A DNA stretch of 64,000 nucleotides, from assembly GCA_018829775.1 (NCBI GenBank), contig JAHJTL010000008.1, positions 13,967 to 77,966 on the forward strand. Direction: 5' to 3'. Under the pieces are notes generated by a model. The model worked only from the letters and a program-made list of their open reading frames with translations, did no database searches and was not told where the DNA came from. The translations under genes and the position numbers were made by a program. Below, one piece after another: positions 35,030 to 45,645 of this stretch (position 1 is its first letter; every line of letters begins with the position of its first letter). This DNA comes from Chloroflexota bacterium. GTDB lineage: Bacteria; Chloroflexota; Dehalococcoidia; Dehalococcoidales; RBG-16-60-22.

Positions 35030-36486
35030 ATGTCCTGATGATGAATCCTCCTTTCAAGGGAAGATTCTCCAGAACGTCACGGAGCCCTGCGGTTACCCTG
35101 GGCGGGACCATATATTACCCATTCTGGCTCGCCTATGCCACCGGAGTCCTTGAGCAAAATGGCTTTCAGGTCCAACTCATTGACGCGCCGGCGCGGGGAC
35201 TCGACGTTAATGATGTTATTGGGCAGGCAAAAAAGCAACCGCCGCAGCTTATTGTGGTCGATACCAGTACGCCGAGTATTTACAGCGATGTAAAAGTAGC
35301 GGAACAGCTCAAGGAAAACTTTCCCACCTCGTTCGTTATCCTCGTGGGCACGCACCCCTCAGCACTGCCCGAGGAGACGCTGAAGCTGAGTGAAAAGGTG
35401 AATGCCGTCGCCGTTGGTGAGTATGACTATACCATACGCGACCTTGCTCTCTGTCTGGAGAGAGGGGAGGACTTGAGAACTGTAGACGGTCTTGTCTTCA
35501 GGGAAGGCAATCAGCTCATTCAAAACAAGCCGCGAACACTCATTGAGAACGTGGACGAGCTTCCCTTTGTCAGCGAGATCTACAAACGACACCTGAATGT
35601 TCGCGACTATTATTTCGCGGCGGCCAACTACCCGATGGTCATGCTCATCACCGGCCGCGGTTGCCCTTACAAGTGCTTTTTCTGCGTCTATCCACAGACT
35701 TTTCACAGCCGTAAGTACCGACCGCGCAGCGCCGCCAGTGTGGTCGATGAGTTTCAGTGGATCGCGGAAAACCTACCCGAGGTACGGGAAATCGGCATTG
35801 AAGACGACACATTCACCGTCGACCAGGAAAGGGCGAAGGAGATATGCCGTCTCATCATTGAACGAGAGATAAAGATAAAGTGGTACTGCAACGTGCGGGT
35901 CAACCTGAAGCTGGAGACGATGCGGTGGATGAAGAAAGCTGGCTGCCGACTGGTCACCGTCGGCTTTGAAAGCGCCGACCAGGAATCCCTGAACCGGATG
36001 CAGAAAGGGATAACGGTGGCGCAGATTAAGCAATTCGTGCACGATACCAGGAAAGCCGGCCTGCTGGTTCACGGCTGCTTCATCATCGGCAATCCTGGAG
36101 AGACAGCCGAGACGATGGAGAAGAGCCTGGAACTGGCCGAGGAGTTGAACTGCGATACGATGCAGTTTTTCCCGCTGCTCGTCTATCCGGGAACGGAAGC
36201 CTACCGGTGGGCAAAAGAAAATGGCTACCTTACTTCCGATAATTTTTCCGACTGGGCAGATGAAGGCGGTATGTACCGCAGCGTGCTCAATATGCCCGGA
36301 CTTCCAGCAGAAAAGGTAGAGGCGTTCTGCTTGCGGGCTAACCGTGAGTACTACCTGCGGCCCCGATATATGCTGATGAAGCTGAGGCAACTGATTTTCG
36401 GACCGAGAGAAGTAAGGCGAACTTTAAAGGGAGCATTCACTTATTTCAAGAGACTGCCCAAGAGCTATCGCTCACGGTATCGGTAA
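35026..36486 (+). CDS. B12-binding-domain radical SAM protein
   Basis: N-terminal B12-binding-like domain plus GRGCPYKCFFCVY (CxxxCxxC). ATGA overlap with GT2. Confidence 0.85.
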   Translation: MNVLMMNPPFKGRFSRTSRSPAVTLGGTIYYPFWLAYATGVLEQNGFQVQLIDAPARGLDVNDVIGQAKKQPPQLIVVDTSTPSIYSDVKVAEQLKENFPTSFVILVGTHPSALPEETLKLSEKVNAVAVGEYDYTIRDLALCLERGEDLRTVDGLVFREGNQLIQNKPRTLIENVDELPFVSEIYKRHLNVRDYYFAAANYPMVMLITGRGCPYKCFFCVYPQTFHSRKYRPRSAASVVDEFQWIAENLPEVREIGIEDDTFTVDQERAKEICRLIIEREIKIKWYCNVRVNLKLETMRWMKKAGCRLVTVGFESADQESLNRMQKGITVAQIKQFVHDTRKAGLLVHGCFIIGNPGETAETMEKSLELAEELNCDTMQFFPLLVYPGTEAYRWAKENGYLTSDNFSDWADEGGMYRSVLNMPGLPAEKVEAFCLRANREYYLRPRYMLMKLRQLIFGPREVRRTLKGAFTYFKRLPKSYRSRYR

Positions 36487-36521
36487 TTTATATCGACCAG
36501 CGGTTGCCTAACCGCTTGTTA

Positions 36522-37361
36522 TTAAGCTATCTCTCCCGTAATCTCCCTGACGCTCTGCCTGACGTTTTCGATTTTCAGTATCTTTTTCCAGTCGGGCTGG
36601 AAAATCTGCCCCCTGGCTTTGGTGGCCGCCAGTTTGGCCCCGTCGGAAACCGGCGCGCCGGCAAAATCCCAGACGATGGCCACCGTGGTGCGGATATGAC
36701 CGAGCAGAAAGTCCAGGACCGCCTGCTGGGGAAGGCCCATTTTGATTACCTCTTCCATAGCTTCCCGGATAACCATGAAGCAGGTCAAAGCTAAAGTTTC
36801 CACCAGCGCCGGTTCCAGAACTGCCATCTGCTCGGTGGTGACTCGATGCGCTCTCAGAACCGGGGCGAAGATGGTTCGGGCGATGGCTTCTCCCTTGGCG
36901 TAGCCTTCATCCGGGCCGTGGTGCAGTGAACAGACGATGTTCTGTTGCGCTTTGACGCCGCCAAACCAGTCGCGCTGTGCCTCGATATCTGTTTCCTCGC
37001 CAAACATCGGTGGGTGGCAGGGATGGCTGATGAAATAGGATATGTCTTCTCGCTCCGGCAGTACGCCGGCATATCCCGCCGCCGGGTCCAGCCCCATGAC
37101 CATGGTGCCGCTTCTGAGTTTGGGGACGATATCACTGCATATCCTGCCGATGAGCTTATCCGGCAGGGCCAGGATAACGACGTCGGCCTGCTGGAGTGCC
37201 TCGTCCTGCGGCGTGGCCGAAAGGCCGAGTTCCGCCAGGCTGGCTTTGCCGGCATCGCTTATCTCAACGTACAGTGTTTTATGGTCTGCATTATCTTTTA
37301 AGTTCCTGACGATGCGCAGACCCATCTTACCGCCCGCACCCATCAATGCAATTGTGCTCAT
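36522..37361 (-). CDS. NAD(P)-binding oxidoreductase (6-phosphogluconate-dehydrogenase-like fold)
   Basis: MSTIALMGAGGKMGLRI Rossmann N-terminus. Confidence 0.65.
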   Translation of the reverse strand: MSTIALMGAGGKMGLRIVRNLKDNADHKTLYVEISDAGKASLAELGLSATPQDEALQQADVVILALPDKLIGRICSDIVPKLRSGTMVMGLDPAAGYAGVLPEREDISYFISHPCHPPMFGEETDIEAQRDWFGGVKAQQNIVCSLHHGPDEGYAKGEAIARTIFAPVLRAHRVTTEQMAVLEPALVETLALTCFMVIREAMEEVIKMGLPQQAVLDFLLGHIRTTVAIVWDFAGAPVSDGAKLAATKARGQIFQPDWKKILKIENVRQSVREITGEIA

Positions 37362-37510
37362 ACTGCTACTCCTTTGCTATTTTTCGATGTGCCAAATGTA
37401 ATGGTAATTTCTTTACCCATGCTTGTCAAACCTGCTTATCAGTTGACAAATAAGTATCTGTTCAATAAATTATAGACGTTGAATCGTCGAAATGGAAAGG
37501 AGGATGTGAA

Positions 37511-38314
37511 ATGGAGTGGGGAATGGCAAACCGTTTGGCACAGTTAATTCAGCCGGATGGTCATGCGCTTTTCTTGCCCGTTGACCACGGATACTTTCAG
37601 GGTCCGACCAGGAAGCTGGAGGAACCGCGCAGGACTATTGAACCGCTGCTACCGTATGTGGATGCGCTCTTTATCACCAGAGGCGTCCTGCGCGCATCAG
37701 TGGACCCGGACAACAGCAAACCGGTCATCCTGCGGGTATCCGGGGGCACCAGTGTGGTGGGGAAAGACCTGGCCAATGAAGGGATTACGACGTCGCTGGA
37801 AGAAGCCATCCGCCTCAATGCTTCCGCCGTGGGCATTTCCGTATTCGTTGGCTCCGATTATGAGAAGGAATCGTTGTTGAACCTGGCCAAGCTCGTTGAT
37901 GACGGGGAGCGATACGGCATTCCGGTGATGGCGGTTACCGCGGTGGGAAAAGAGCTGGAAAAGCGGGACGCTCGCTATCTCGCTCTCGCCTGCCGCATTG
38001 CGGCTGAGCTGGGCGCACGCGTGGTGAAAACCTACTGGTGCGAGGACTTCGCCAAGGTAACCGGGGGCTGTCCGGTGCCGGTAGTCATGGCCGGTGGGCC
38101 ACAGGTTGATACCGAGCTGGAGATATTTGAGTTTGTCCACGACGGTATGCAGAATGGCTCCATCGGGGTGAATCTGGGGCGGAATGTATGGCAGAACGAT
38201 TTCCCGGTAGCCATGATAAAGGCCATACGTGCCATTATTCATCAAAATGCGACTCCAAAAGAAGCTCAGGAAATATACGATAGCGAGAAGAACAGCCAGG
38301 CGAAGAAGTCATGA
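37511..38314 (+). CDS. class I aldolase, DhnA/FbaB/LsrF family
   Basis: LFLPVDHGYFQGP and VVKTYW (Schiff-base Lys region). AAGGAGGA SD. Confidence 0.75.
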   Translation: MEWGMANRLAQLIQPDGHALFLPVDHGYFQGPTRKLEEPRRTIEPLLPYVDALFITRGVLRASVDPDNSKPVILRVSGGTSVVGKDLANEGITTSLEEAIRLNASAVGISVFVGSDYEKESLLNLAKLVDDGERYGIPVMAVTAVGKELEKRDARYLALACRIAAELGARVVKTYWCEDFAKVTGGCPVPVVMAGGPQVDTELEIFEFVHDGMQNGSIGVNLGRNVWQNDFPVAMIKAIRAIIHQNATPKEAQEIYDSEKNSQAKKS

Positions 38315-39363
38315 CCGACAAAGGTAGAAGGAACATGCACGTGGCCATGTGGTATAACAACCGTGATGTGCGCGTTGAGGAAATGCCCGTCCCGCAGATA
38401 GGCCCCGGTGAATTGCTCGTAAGGGTGGAAGCCAGCGGCATCTGCGGCAGCGATGTCATGGAGTGGTATCGGCGGGATAAAGCGCCGCTGGTGCTTGGCC
38501 ATGAAATCGGTGGGCAGGTTGTGGAGGTGGGGAAAGGGGTAGAGAACTATAGGGAAGGGGACCGTGTATCGGCCGCCCACCACGTCCCCTGCAATACCTG
38601 TTATTACTGCCTCAGGGGCCACCACACCATGTGTGATACCCTGCGGAAAACGAACTTTGAGCCTGGAGGCTTTGCGGAATACGTACGCCTGCCGGCTATT
38701 AATGTTGACCGCGGTGTCTTTCCGTTGCCCGAACAGATGTCTTATGAAGAGGCGACCTTTATTGAGCCGTTAGCCTGTATACTTCGTGGGCAGAGGGTGG
38801 CAAACATGCAGCCGGGCGATAGCGTGCTCATTATCGGCAGCGGCATTGCCGGGTTGCTTCACTTGCAGTTAGCCCGGACTCTGGGTGCAAGGCGGGTAAT
38901 AGCAACGGACATTAACCAGTTCCGGCTGGACGCAGCCAAGCGATTCGGGGCTGATGTCGCCCTGCATGCTCAGAAATACTCACCTGCCCGACTGCGTGAG
39001 GTCAACGATGGCTGTCTGGCCGATTTGGTGATAGTCTGCGCTGGAGCCACGACGGCCATTTCCCAGGCATTACAGTCGGTGGAGCGTGGGGGAAGGGTTC
39101 TGCTCTTTGCACCCACAGACCCCGGCGTTTCCATTCCAATCTCATTGAATGAGGTTTTCTGGCGTACCGATGTCACGCTGACCACCAGCTATGGTGCCAG
39201 CCCTCATGACTACCAGACAGCCCTGGATATAATTCGAGCCGGTACTATCCCGGTACGGCAGATGATTACCCATCGGCTGGCTTTAGCGGAGGCAGTTCGG
39301 GGTTTCCAGCTTGTTGCCGAAGCCGGCGCTTCTATCAAAGTTATCATCGAGCCCCAGAAATAG
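38311..39363 (+). CDS. zinc-dependent alcohol/polyol dehydrogenase (MDR)
   Basis: GICGSDV, GHEIGG, CxxCxxC structural-zinc loop. The start may be ATG 38335. Confidence 0.85.
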   Translation: MTDKGRRNMHVAMWYNNRDVRVEEMPVPQIGPGELLVRVEASGICGSDVMEWYRRDKAPLVLGHEIGGQVVEVGKGVENYREGDRVSAAHHVPCNTCYYCLRGHHTMCDTLRKTNFEPGGFAEYVRLPAINVDRGVFPLPEQMSYEEATFIEPLACILRGQRVANMQPGDSVLIIGSGIAGLLHLQLARTLGARRVIATDINQFRLDAAKRFGADVALHAQKYSPARLREVNDGCLADLVIVCAGATTAISQALQSVERGGRVLLFAPTDPGVSIPISLNEVFWRTDVTLTTSYGASPHDYQTALDIIRAGTIPVRQMITHRLALAEAVRGFQLVAEAGASIKVIIEPQK

Positions 39364-39404
39364 TATAGAATACATAGACATTATAGTGATGAAAGGGGAG
39401 AGAG

Positions 39405-40178
39405 ATGAAAGACCTTTTCGACTTAAAGGGCAGGGTGGCCATTGTCACCGGCGGAAACGGGGGCATCGGTCTGGGGATAGCGCGCGGGCTGGCCTCAGCA
39501 GGCGCCAATCTGGCTATCGCCGCCCGCAATGAAGCCAAAACGGCCGATGCGGTGAAAGGGCTCCAGGATGAATTCGGCGTGAAGGCGATTGGTGTGAAGG
39601 TGGACGTCAAGGAAGAAAAACAGGTTAAAGACATGGCGAAAAAGGTACTGGATGCCTTTGGGAGAATCGATATTCTGGTCAACAATGCCGGCACCAATAT
39701 CCGCAAGCTCCCGCAGGACTATGTGGTGGATGAGTGGGAAGAGGTGCTGGATGTCAATCTGCGCAGCGCTTTTCTCTGTTCGCAGGCCGTCTACCCGGCG
39801 ATGAAAGCCGCCGGCGGCGGCAAGATTATCAACATCGGCTCCATGACCTCCATCTTCGGCGCGGCAAAGGTAACGCTCTATGCGACCAGCAAGGGGGGCA
39901 TAGTGCAGCTGGGACGCTGTCTGGCAAACGCCTGGGCACGGGACAACATCCAGGTAAACGCTATCCTTCCCGGTTTCATCGATACTGACCTGACCAGGCT
40001 GGCAAGAAAGGACATACCGGAACTGGAAGAGCGAGTTACCACACGCACGCCGGCGGATCGCTGGGGTAAACCGGATGACCTTGCTGGTACGGCCGTTTTC
40101 CTGGCCAGCCGGGCATCTGGCTTCGTAACCGGTGTGGCGCTTCCCGTGGACGGCGGCTTTTCCATCGCCATGTTCTAA
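39405..40178 (+). CDS. SDR family oxidoreductase
   Basis: GRVAIVTGGNGGIG, NNAG, YATSKGG. Confidence 0.88.
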   Translation: MKDLFDLKGRVAIVTGGNGGIGLGIARGLASAGANLAIAARNEAKTADAVKGLQDEFGVKAIGVKVDVKEEKQVKDMAKKVLDAFGRIDILVNNAGTNIRKLPQDYVVDEWEEVLDVNLRSAFLCSQAVYPAMKAAGGGKIINIGSMTSIFGAAKVTLYATSKGGIVQLGRCLANAWARDNIQVNAILPGFIDTDLTRLARKDIPELEERVTTRTPADRWGKPDDLAGTAVFLASRASGFVTGVALPVDGGFSIAMF

Positions 40179-40319
40179 GCGGTTGACGGATTAAAGGTAC
40201 AGATTTAGAACTGGCTTCCCGTTGCTGATTGCCTTGAATTGACAGCCAGCCGCGATAATTATTAAGATAGCCACGGTACTGAGTTCGAAAATCCCTTGAA
40301 AAGAGAGGAGAAACTCACT

Positions 40320-41168
40320 ATGTCCAAACCAATGTATTCAGGAATAACGGGCAAGGTAGCGCTGGTTACCGGCGGCGGTCGTGGGCTGGGCAAAGCCATT
40401 TGTCTGGCACTGGCCAAGGAAGGGGCTGACGTCGCCCTGACCGACTTGCAGTCGGCTGACGAGACGGCTAAGGAGGTGGAAGCACTGGGACAGAAGGCGA
40501 TGGCCTTCAGCGCAGACGTGACGAAGGAAGCCGAGGTCAAGGAAATGGTCGACCGCATCGTTGCGGCGTTGGGCGGAATCGACATTCTGGTGAACAACGT
40601 TGGCGGCGACCACGCCTTTTTACTGGAGGATATGCCGGTATCGGAGTGGGACTGGATGATGGATATCAATATGAAGGGGCTTTTCCACTGCACCAAAATC
40701 GTGGCCGAGGTCATGAAAAAGAGAGGCGGGGGGAAAATCGTCAACATCTCCTCTCTCGCCGGCCTGCGGATGACCCTTTACGGAAGCATCGCCTACAGCG
40801 CCGCCAAAGCCGGCGTCATCGGCTTCACCCGCCACTGCGCTTTTGAGCTTGGCCCCTCCAAGATAAACGTCAACGTCGTCTGTCCCGGCCCCACCATGAC
40901 CGAGGTGGTCTTGAACCGGATATCACCGGAAGTAAAACAGAGGACGCTCCAGTCAACGCCCATGCAGGACTTCACCTATCCTGAGGACCAGGCGGATGCG
41001 GTGGTCTTTCTGGCATCAGAGCGGGCCCGGATGGTCACCGGCACCACCTTGCTGGTTGATGGCGGCATCAGTCTGCCCGTTGGCTATGTGGAGTGGGAAA
41101 ACTTCTACTCGGACCGGAAACAATGGCTCAAGGAGAGGAAGTGGGAAGGCAAACGGACTTCAATGTAA
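40320..41168 (+). CDS. SDR family oxidoreductase with C-terminal extension
   Basis: GKVALVTGGGRGLG, YSAAKAG. ATG 40320 follows GAGAGGAG. Confidence 0.85.
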   Translation: MSKPMYSGITGKVALVTGGGRGLGKAICLALAKEGADVALTDLQSADETAKEVEALGQKAMAFSADVTKEAEVKEMVDRIVAALGGIDILVNNVGGDHAFLLEDMPVSEWDWMMDINMKGLFHCTKIVAEVMKKRGGGKIVNISSLAGLRMTLYGSIAYSAAKAGVIGFTRHCAFELGPSKINVNVVCPGPTMTEVVLNRISPEVKQRTLQSTPMQDFTYPEDQADAVVFLASERARMVTGTTLLVDGGISLPVGYVEWENFYSDRKQWLKERKWEGKRTSM

Positions 41169-41188
41169 GCAGAAGGGAGAACTGAAAT

Positions 41189-42634
41189 ATGACAGCAAAA
41201 GGCAACCTGAGCACTGAGGACCTGTGCTTTACGCCGGCGGTGGAGCTGAGGGAGATGCTCCGGAAAAAGGCCATTTCTCCGGTGGAATTGATGCAGGCAT
41301 TTCTGGCGCGAATCGATAAAGTTAACCCGGTTATTAACGCCTACTGCACGCTCGTGCCGGAAATGGCGCTGGAGGCGGCCAGAAAGGCGGAATCGGCCAT
41401 CATGCAGGGCGGTGAGGTCGGGTTACTGACCGGGCTTCCGGTGTCGATAAAAGACGTTGTCCCGACCGCCGGCATCCGGACCACATATGGCTCAAAGCTA
41501 TATGAGAACCTGGTGCCTTCGGAGGATGCGCTGGTTGTGGAGCGACTCAAGGAGGCCGGGGGTATCATTGTGGGCAAAACAAATACGCCTGAATTCGCCG
41601 CCGGCGGCTCCACCTTCAATCAGGTGTTTGGCATAACGCGCAATCCCTGGAATACCGATTTCACGGTCGGGGGTTCCAGTGGGGGCGCGGCTGCAGCGGT
41701 TGCTGCAGGAATCGGCCCGCTGGCCCAGGGCAGTGACCTCGGCGGCTCGCTGCGACAACCGGCCAGTTTCTGTGGCGTGGTCGGGTTGCGACCTTCGCCA
41801 GGGCGGGTGCCCAAGTATCCCAATGAACTCAACTGGGATAACCAATCGGTGCAGGGGCCGATTGCCCGCACCATACCGGATACCGCTTTGTTTCTGGACG
41901 CGATGTCCGGGCCGGACGGTAGAAGCCCGGTGTCCCTGCCCAAAGAAACAATCCCGTTTCTTCAGGCGGCGCAAAAACCCGAAGCCAGGAACCTCAAAAT
42001 CGCCTGGAGCGATAACCTGAACCTGATGCCGGTCGACCCGGTGGTGTTGAAAGAAGCCCGTAAGGCGATTGACGTATTCCGCAATCTGGGCTGTGAGGTG
42101 GTGGAGGACTGCCCTGATTTAAGCGGGGCCAAGGAAACAGCGTTGACCCTGCGTGGCGTGCGCTTCGTCGCCCTGTACGGAGAGAAGTACCGGAACGACC
42201 CGGAATTCAGGCGCTGGGTAAACCCGCTGGTAACGGGCAATATCGAGCAGGGGCTGAAATTATCGGTTCAGGAGATAGCCTGGGCACACCGGCAGCGTTC
42301 CGAGATATGGGTGAAGGCGAAAGAGTTCTTTGACAGGTATGATTTACTGCTGACGCCGACGGCGCCCATCCCGCCTTTCAATGCCGAGATGAAGTTCCCC
42401 ACCGAAATTGCCGGCAAGCCGATGGAGCACTACCTGGACTGGGCGATGCTGACCTATTCCATCACCATGACCGGCCATCCGGCGATATCCGTGCCCTGCG
42501 GCTGGACGGAAAAGGGGCTGCCCATCGGGGTGCAAATCGTTGGCCGATACCACGGCGAAGCCGCCCTCCTCAGGGCAGCGGCAGCGTATGAACAGGCGGC
42601 ACCGTGGGCGGAGAAAAGGCCCGCGCTTGCATAA
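41189..42634 (+). CDS. amidase-signature family amidase
   Basis: GGSSGGAAAAVA signature. 481 aa. Confidence 0.88.
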   Translation: MTAKGNLSTEDLCFTPAVELREMLRKKAISPVELMQAFLARIDKVNPVINAYCTLVPEMALEAARKAESAIMQGGEVGLLTGLPVSIKDVVPTAGIRTTYGSKLYENLVPSEDALVVERLKEAGGIIVGKTNTPEFAAGGSTFNQVFGITRNPWNTDFTVGGSSGGAAAAVAAGIGPLAQGSDLGGSLRQPASFCGVVGLRPSPGRVPKYPNELNWDNQSVQGPIARTIPDTALFLDAMSGPDGRSPVSLPKETIPFLQAAQKPEARNLKIAWSDNLNLMPVDPVVLKEARKAIDVFRNLGCEVVEDCPDLSGAKETALTLRGVRFVALYGEKYRNDPEFRRWVNPLVTGNIEQGLKLSVQEIAWAHRQRSEIWVKAKEFFDRYDLLLTPTAPIPPFNAEMKFPTEIAGKPMEHYLDWAMLTYSITMTGHPAISVPCGWTEKGLPIGVQIVGRYHGEAALLRAAAAYEQAAPWAEKRPALA

Positions 42635-42665
42635 GCAAGGGGGGGGGACTCTTTGCCTTGCGTCA

Positions 42666-43649
42666 TTAATGCCGGTTGTCCACGCCGACACCCCAGAAAT
42701 CCGGTCTGGTTTTCACCTCTTCAATGAAATCGGCGACCACTTTATCAATGTCGGTGAACTCCGGTTTCCACCCCAACTCTTCACGGGCCCGGGCGTCATC
42801 GATGGTATTCACTCCCCGGGTGCGGTAATACTCCATGACCAGCGGGTCAGGATTATAGGTGATACCGGCATCTGGAATGAATTTCTTGATTGTTTTCTCC
42901 AGCTCACCAGCCGTAGGTGTCGGTGAGATACCGGCCAGGTTATAACAGACCGTTTTTATCTGTTCTTCCGGTGCATCGTAGAGCATCATCGTTGCCCGGA
43001 CAGCATCTTTGTAATAGAGAACAGGTACGGCGACATCCTCGGCGGCGAAGCATTCGAACGGTTCATCCAGCGCAGCATTCTCGACCATCCAGAGCATGAA
43101 CACCGGTAGGGCGCGTATCTTAACGCCGGGACGCATCACCATGCAGTAACGGACAGCGCGGAAGTCCAGTCCGAATTTGCGACGATAAAACCTGCCCAGG
43201 AGCTCGATGTATAATTTTCCGGCGCCGTACATGGTAATCGGTCGCTGCAGCGTCTCATCATCAATCACGGCACCGGTGCCGAGTCCATAGGTCGCGTCCG
43301 TGCTGGCGAAAACAAATCGCCTGACGCCGAACAGTCTGGCTGCTTCCAGCACGTGCATCGAGCCCATGATGTTTACCTGGAACGCACTCCATGGATTTAG
43401 GTCGGACGGTATGCTCAGCATCGAGCCGTGGTGAAAAATGTCCTCAACGTTGTTATCTTTTACGGCGTTTAAAACTTCCGGCCATACCTTGATGTCGCCC
43501 TGGACTACCTTCACCCTGTCTTTGATATCGGCTAGGCGCTGCACCTGCGGGGCGATGTCAAAAAGAACAACGTCCTTGCCTCTGGCAATCAGTTCATGAG
43601 CCAGACCGACGCCGATTCCGCCGGTGCCGCCGGTAATGAGTACGGACAT
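42666..43649 (-). CDS. NAD-dependent epimerase/dehydratase family protein
   Basis: VLITGGTGGIGVGL N-terminus, YGAGK catalytic motif. Confidence 0.82.
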   Translation of the reverse strand: MSVLITGGTGGIGVGLAHELIARGKDVVLFDIAPQVQRLADIKDRVKVVQGDIKVWPEVLNAVKDNNVEDIFHHGSMLSIPSDLNPWSAFQVNIMGSMHVLEAARLFGVRRFVFASTDATYGLGTGAVIDDETLQRPITMYGAGKLYIELLGRFYRRKFGLDFRAVRYCMVMRPGVKIRALPVFMLWMVENAALDEPFECFAAEDVAVPVLYYKDAVRATMMLYDAPEEQIKTVCYNLAGISPTPTAGELEKTIKKFIPDAGITYNPDPLVMEYYRTRGVNTIDDARAREELGWKPEFTDIDKVVADFIEEVKTRPDFWGVGVDNRH

Positions 43650-43695
43650 CCGTTTTCCTCCTCTGACTGCGGCGGTGAGATTGAAACACGTGGTG

Positions 43696-44598
43696 CTAGG
43701 TTTTTTCTCCAGCCAGTTGCTGAATGATTTTGGCTACCACGGACCAGTCCTTGTTACCAAAGCCCGCGGCTCGGGCTGCCTCAACCAGCTGACGGGTAAG
43801 GCTGCCGGCCAGCAGCGGAATTTTAGTTGCCTCGGCGGCGGATAGGATAAGGCCGAGGTCTTTGGCCATCAGGTCGGCGGTGAAGCCGGGGGCAAAGTCG
43901 TTGTTGGCCGGGCTCTGGGGGATAACATTGGGGTAGGGCACCCTCGTCTGCAGTACCCAGCTGTTTCCGGAACTGGCGCTCATCACCTCATAGAGGACCC
44001 TGGGGTCGGCGCCAAGCTTGACGCCAAACAGAAAACCCTCAAAGACACCGATGCCGGCGATGGCCGCTGCCAGGTTGTTGGCCAGCTTGACCACCTCACC
44101 CATGCCAACCTCGCCAACGTGAATGATTTTCTCCCCCATGACCTCCAGTACTGGTTTACACTGGTCAAAGATTTCTTTTTTCCCACCCACCATTATGGAA
44201 AGGGTGCCGTCGGCGGCTTTGGGGGGAGCACCGCTCACCGGTGCATCCATCATATCGATTCCCTTTTCCGCAGCCGCGGCCACTACCTTGCGGGTAACAA
44301 TCGGGTCGATGGTGCTCATATCTATAATGATGTTGCCCTTTTTCAGCCCGGCGAGGACGCCGTCAGGGCCAAACATTATCTGTTCCACGTGTGGTGATGA
44401 GGTCACCATGGTGATAACTATCTCTGAATTCTCGGCCACCTCGCGCGGGGAACCGGCCGCTTTGGCCCCGGCCTGCACCAGTTCCTGAACTGGCTCGGGC
44501 CTGATGTCATGGACAGTCAGCGGATAACCTGCCCTGGCCAGGTTCAAAGCCATCCCTTTGCCCATATTGCCCAAACCGATAAAACCGAGCTTTTTCAT
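43696..44598 (-). CDS. beta-hydroxyacid dehydrogenase (3-hydroxyisobutyrate/tartronate-semialdehyde reductase family)
   Basis: LGFIGLGNMGKGMALNL. 300 aa. Confidence 0.85.
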   Translation of the reverse strand: MKKLGFIGLGNMGKGMALNLARAGYPLTVHDIRPEPVQELVQAGAKAAGSPREVAENSEIVITMVTSSPHVEQIMFGPDGVLAGLKKGNIIIDMSTIDPIVTRKVVAAAAEKGIDMMDAPVSGAPPKAADGTLSIMVGGKKEIFDQCKPVLEVMGEKIIHVGEVGMGEVVKLANNLAAAIAGIGVFEGFLFGVKLGADPRVLYEVMSASSGNSWVLQTRVPYPNVIPQSPANNDFAPGFTADLMAKDLGLILSAAEATKIPLLAGSLTRQLVEAARAAGFGNKDWSVVAKIIQQLAGEKT

Positions 44599-44637
44599 CG
44601 CGCCTCCTTTACCAATTGGAATGGACGGGACTTCAGC

Positions 44638-45603
44638 CTACTTCTTTTTCACCGATTCTCTGACCGCCTGGACGATATGCCGGGCGGTTAATTCGTATTC
44701 CTCTTTCAGTTCTGGCACGGTGCCTGATTGGCCGAACCGGTCTTTAATGCCGACACGTTTCACGGGGACCGGCGCGTTCTCTGCCGTGACCTCGGCTACC
44801 GCCCCACCGAGGCCACCGAGGATACTACTGTCTTCCACGGTGACGATGGCACCGGTCTCTTTGGCGGCCTTGATAATGGCCGCTTCGTCAATCGGCTTAA
44901 GGGTGTGCATATCCAGCAGGCGTACCTTGATACCTTCTTTTGCCAGGGTATCGGCGGCTTCCAGCACGTCGGAAAGCACCATGCCGGTGGAAATAATGGT
45001 GGCATCACTGCCATCGGTCAGGGTTACCGCCTTCCCCAGTTCAAACGGGAAGTCATCACGGTATACGGTTGGCACGGGCGGAGCGGAAATACGCAGGGCC
45101 ACCGGCCCGGTGTATTCAGCAATTGCCCTGGTCATTTTCTTTGTCGATATGGGGTCGGACGGTGAAACGAGCACCAGGTTGGGGATGACGCGCATGGCGG
45201 CGATTTCCTCGATAATCTGGTGCGAACCGCCCATAAAAGACCACAGCATGCCGGAGTTGCAGAGGACGATTTTGACATTCAACTTGTCAAAGGCCACGTT
45301 TTGTCGTATCTGGTTATACGCCCGGCCAACGGCAAAGATGCTGTGGCAGTGGGTGAACGGCAGGTAGCCGCCACCCGCCAGGCCGGCGGCGGTGGTAATA
45401 AGATTTGCCTCGGCAATGCCGACGTCATAAATGCGGTCGGGATGTTCTTTCTGGAACAGCTCACCGGCGGCGCCGCGGGGGAAGTCGCCGTACAGCAGCA
45501 CTATCTTACCGTTTTTCTTCGATAGTTCTATCATTTCCTCATTGTAGGCCTGGTACATTGCTTTCATTTCCCCCAATGGTTCCAGCACATAATTCTGTTT
45601 CAT
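44638..45603 (-). CDS. transketolase, C-terminal (pyrimidine-binding) subunit
   Basis: 321 aa with the DVGIAEANL motif. Follows the N-terminal subunit. Confidence 0.88.
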   Translation of the reverse strand: MKQNYVLEPLGEMKAMYQAYNEEMIELSKKNGKIVLLYGDFPRGAAGELFQKEHPDRIYDVGIAEANLITTAAGLAGGGYLPFTHCHSIFAVGRAYNQIRQNVAFDKLNVKIVLCNSGMLWSFMGGSHQIIEEIAAMRVIPNLVLVSPSDPISTKKMTRAIAEYTGPVALRISAPPVPTVYRDDFPFELGKAVTLTDGSDATIISTGMVLSDVLEAADTLAKEGIKVRLLDMHTLKPIDEAAIIKAAKETGAIVTVEDSSILGGLGGAVAEVTAENAPVPVKRVGIKDRFGQSGTVPELKEEYELTARHIVQAVRESVKKK

Positions 45604-45645
45604 CTTTCGCTCCCTAAAATCTTTTTACGGTTGGTGCGAGACTGC

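Noticed and set aside
44558-45367. 269-aa plus-strand ORF
   Set aside because: Antisense to the transketolase C-terminal subunit. Low-complexity Ser/Ala/Thr/Pro composition.
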